Assembly: GCF_004010195.1 (NCBI RefSeq) | Contig: NC_057718.1 | Location: 93,336,561 to 93,400,560, forward strand | Origin: Chiloscyllium plagiosum | Lineage: Eukaryota | Length of the DNA stretch: 64,000 nucleotides | Direction of reading: 5' to 3' | In this document: positions 62,305 through 64,000 of the stretch, in pieces | Layout of the letters: every line of letters starts with the position of its first letter | Position numbering within the stretch: position 1 is the first letter of the stretch | The notes under the pieces: generated by a model | The model's input: only the letters and a program-made list of their open reading frames with translations | What the model was told of the DNA's origin: nothing | The model's database searches: none | Program-made: the position numbers and the translations under genes

Positions 62305-64000
62305 CTTTGGGAATGTTCATAGTTATGGAGGAGGAGAGGGTTAGGCAAAATGGGAGGATATTTAATTGGGGAAGAGGAAACTATGATGCGATTAGACATG
62401 AGTTAGGAAGCATGGATTGGGAGCAATTGTTCCATGGTAAAGACACTATAGACATGTGGAGACTGTTTAAGGAACAGTTGTTGCAAGTGATGCATAAATA
62501 TGTCCCTCTGAGACAAGCAAGAAGTGGTAAGATAAAGGAACCTTGGATGACGAGAGCGGTGGAGCTTCTCGTCAAAAGAAAGAAGGCAGCTTACATAAGG
62601 TGGAGGAAGCTAGGATCAAGCTCAGCTCNNNNNNNNNNNNNNNNNNNNNNNNNNNNNNNNNNTCGCCACTTGCGAAGATCTTTGCATCCTCGCTCTCCAC
62701 TGGAGGCGTACCTGAGGACTGGAGAGAGGCAAATGTAATTCCTTTCTTCAAGAAAGGAAATAGGGAATCCCCGGCAATTACAGACCAGTAAGTCTCACGT
62801 CTGTCGTCTGCAAGGTGTTAGAAAGGATTCTGAGAGATAGGATTTATGACCATGTGGAAGAGCATGGCTTGATTAAATGCAGTCAACACGGCTTTGTGAG
62901 GAGCAGGTCATGCCTCACAAACCTTATCGAGTTCTTTGAGGATGTGACTAGAAAGGTTGATGAGGGTTGAGCTGTGGATGTGGTGTATATGGACTTCAGC
63001 AAGGCATTTGATAAGGTTCCCCATGGTAGGCTCATTCAGAAGGTCAGTAGGAATGGGATTCAGGGGAACATAGTTGTCTGGATACAGAATTGGCTGGCCA
63101 ACAGAAGACAGCGAGTGGTAGTAGAAGGAAAATATTCTGCCTGGAAGTCTGTGGCCAGTGGTGTTCCACAGGGCTCTATCCTTGGGCCTCTACTATTTGT
63201 AATTTTTATTAATGACTTGGATGAGGGGATTGAAGGATGGGTCAGCACGTTTGCAGATGACACAAAGGTTGGAGGTGTCGTTGACATTATATAGGGCTGT
63301 TGTAGGCTGCAGTGGGACATTGACAGGATGCAGAGATGGGCTGAGAGGTGGCAGATGGAGTTCAACCTGGATAAATGCGAAGTGATACATTTTGGAAGGT
63401 CAAATTTGAAAGCTGAGTACAGGATTAAGGATAGGATTCTTGACAGTGTGAAGGAACAGAGGGATCTTGGGGTGCAGGTACATAGATCCCTTAAAATGGC
63501 CACCCAAGTGGACAGGGTTGTTAAGAAAGCATATGGTGTTTTGGCTTTCATTAACAGGGGGATTGAGTTTAAGAGTTGTGAGATCTTGTTGCAGCTCTAT
63601 AAAACTTTGGTTAGACCGCACTTGAAATACTGCGTCCAGTTCTGGTCACCCTATCATAGGAAAGGTTGGATGCTTTGGAGAGGGTTCAGAGGAGGTATAC
63701 CAGGATGCTGCCTGGACTGGAGGGCTTATCTTATGAAGAGAGGTCGACTGAGCTCGGACTTTTTTCATTGGAGAAAAGGAGGAGGAGAGGGGACCTAATT
63801 GAGATATACAAGATAACGAGAGGCATAGATAGAGTCGATAGCCAGAGACTGTTTCCCAGGGCAGAAATGACTAACACAAGGGGCCATAGTTTTAAGCTGG
63901 TTGGAGGAAAGTATAGAGGGGATGTCAGAGGCAGGTTCTTTACACAGAGAGTTGTGAGAGCATGGAATGTGTCGCCAGCAGCAGATGTGGAAGCAAGGTC
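62305..64000 (+). mobile_element. young CR1 LINE ORF2 (RT), running off the window
   Basis: Reads [43 protein letters not shown]. Confidence 0.92.
62629..62662. other. assembly gap
   Basis: N run. Confidence 1.

Noticed and set aside
1..64000. CRISPR array, operons or prokaryotic defence systems
   Set aside because: This is a vertebrate repeat landscape with no regularly spaced direct repeats and no dense coding.

Overview
This is a repeat-dense, intergenic or intronic vertebrate window, almost certainly from a shark or ray (inferred from HE1-type SINEs and the CR1/Penelope/Rex content). I could not support any intact host protein-coding gene. It contains about 20 CR1-clade LINE pieces (one near full length, with zinc-finger/esterase ORF1 and APE-RT ORF2), Rex1/Babar RT relics, about 15 HE1-type tRNA SINEs, and a second tRNA-like SINE that shares its 3' tail with a partner LINE. 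It also holds many Penelope-like (GIY-YIG) element 3' ends. Two things stand out. (1) A family of short fold-back Penelope insertions with 11-15 bp TSDs carries minimal hammerhead-ribozyme motifs, often one on each strand, in at least four co-varying stem-II variants. (2) A decayed minus-strand endogenous retrovirus (integrase, env-like pieces and a probable LTR; about 28.5-33.6 kb) is only recognisable by reading through frameshifts. All three N-gaps fall in young CR1 ORF2s. Repeat boundaries are approximate unless a TSD is quoted.
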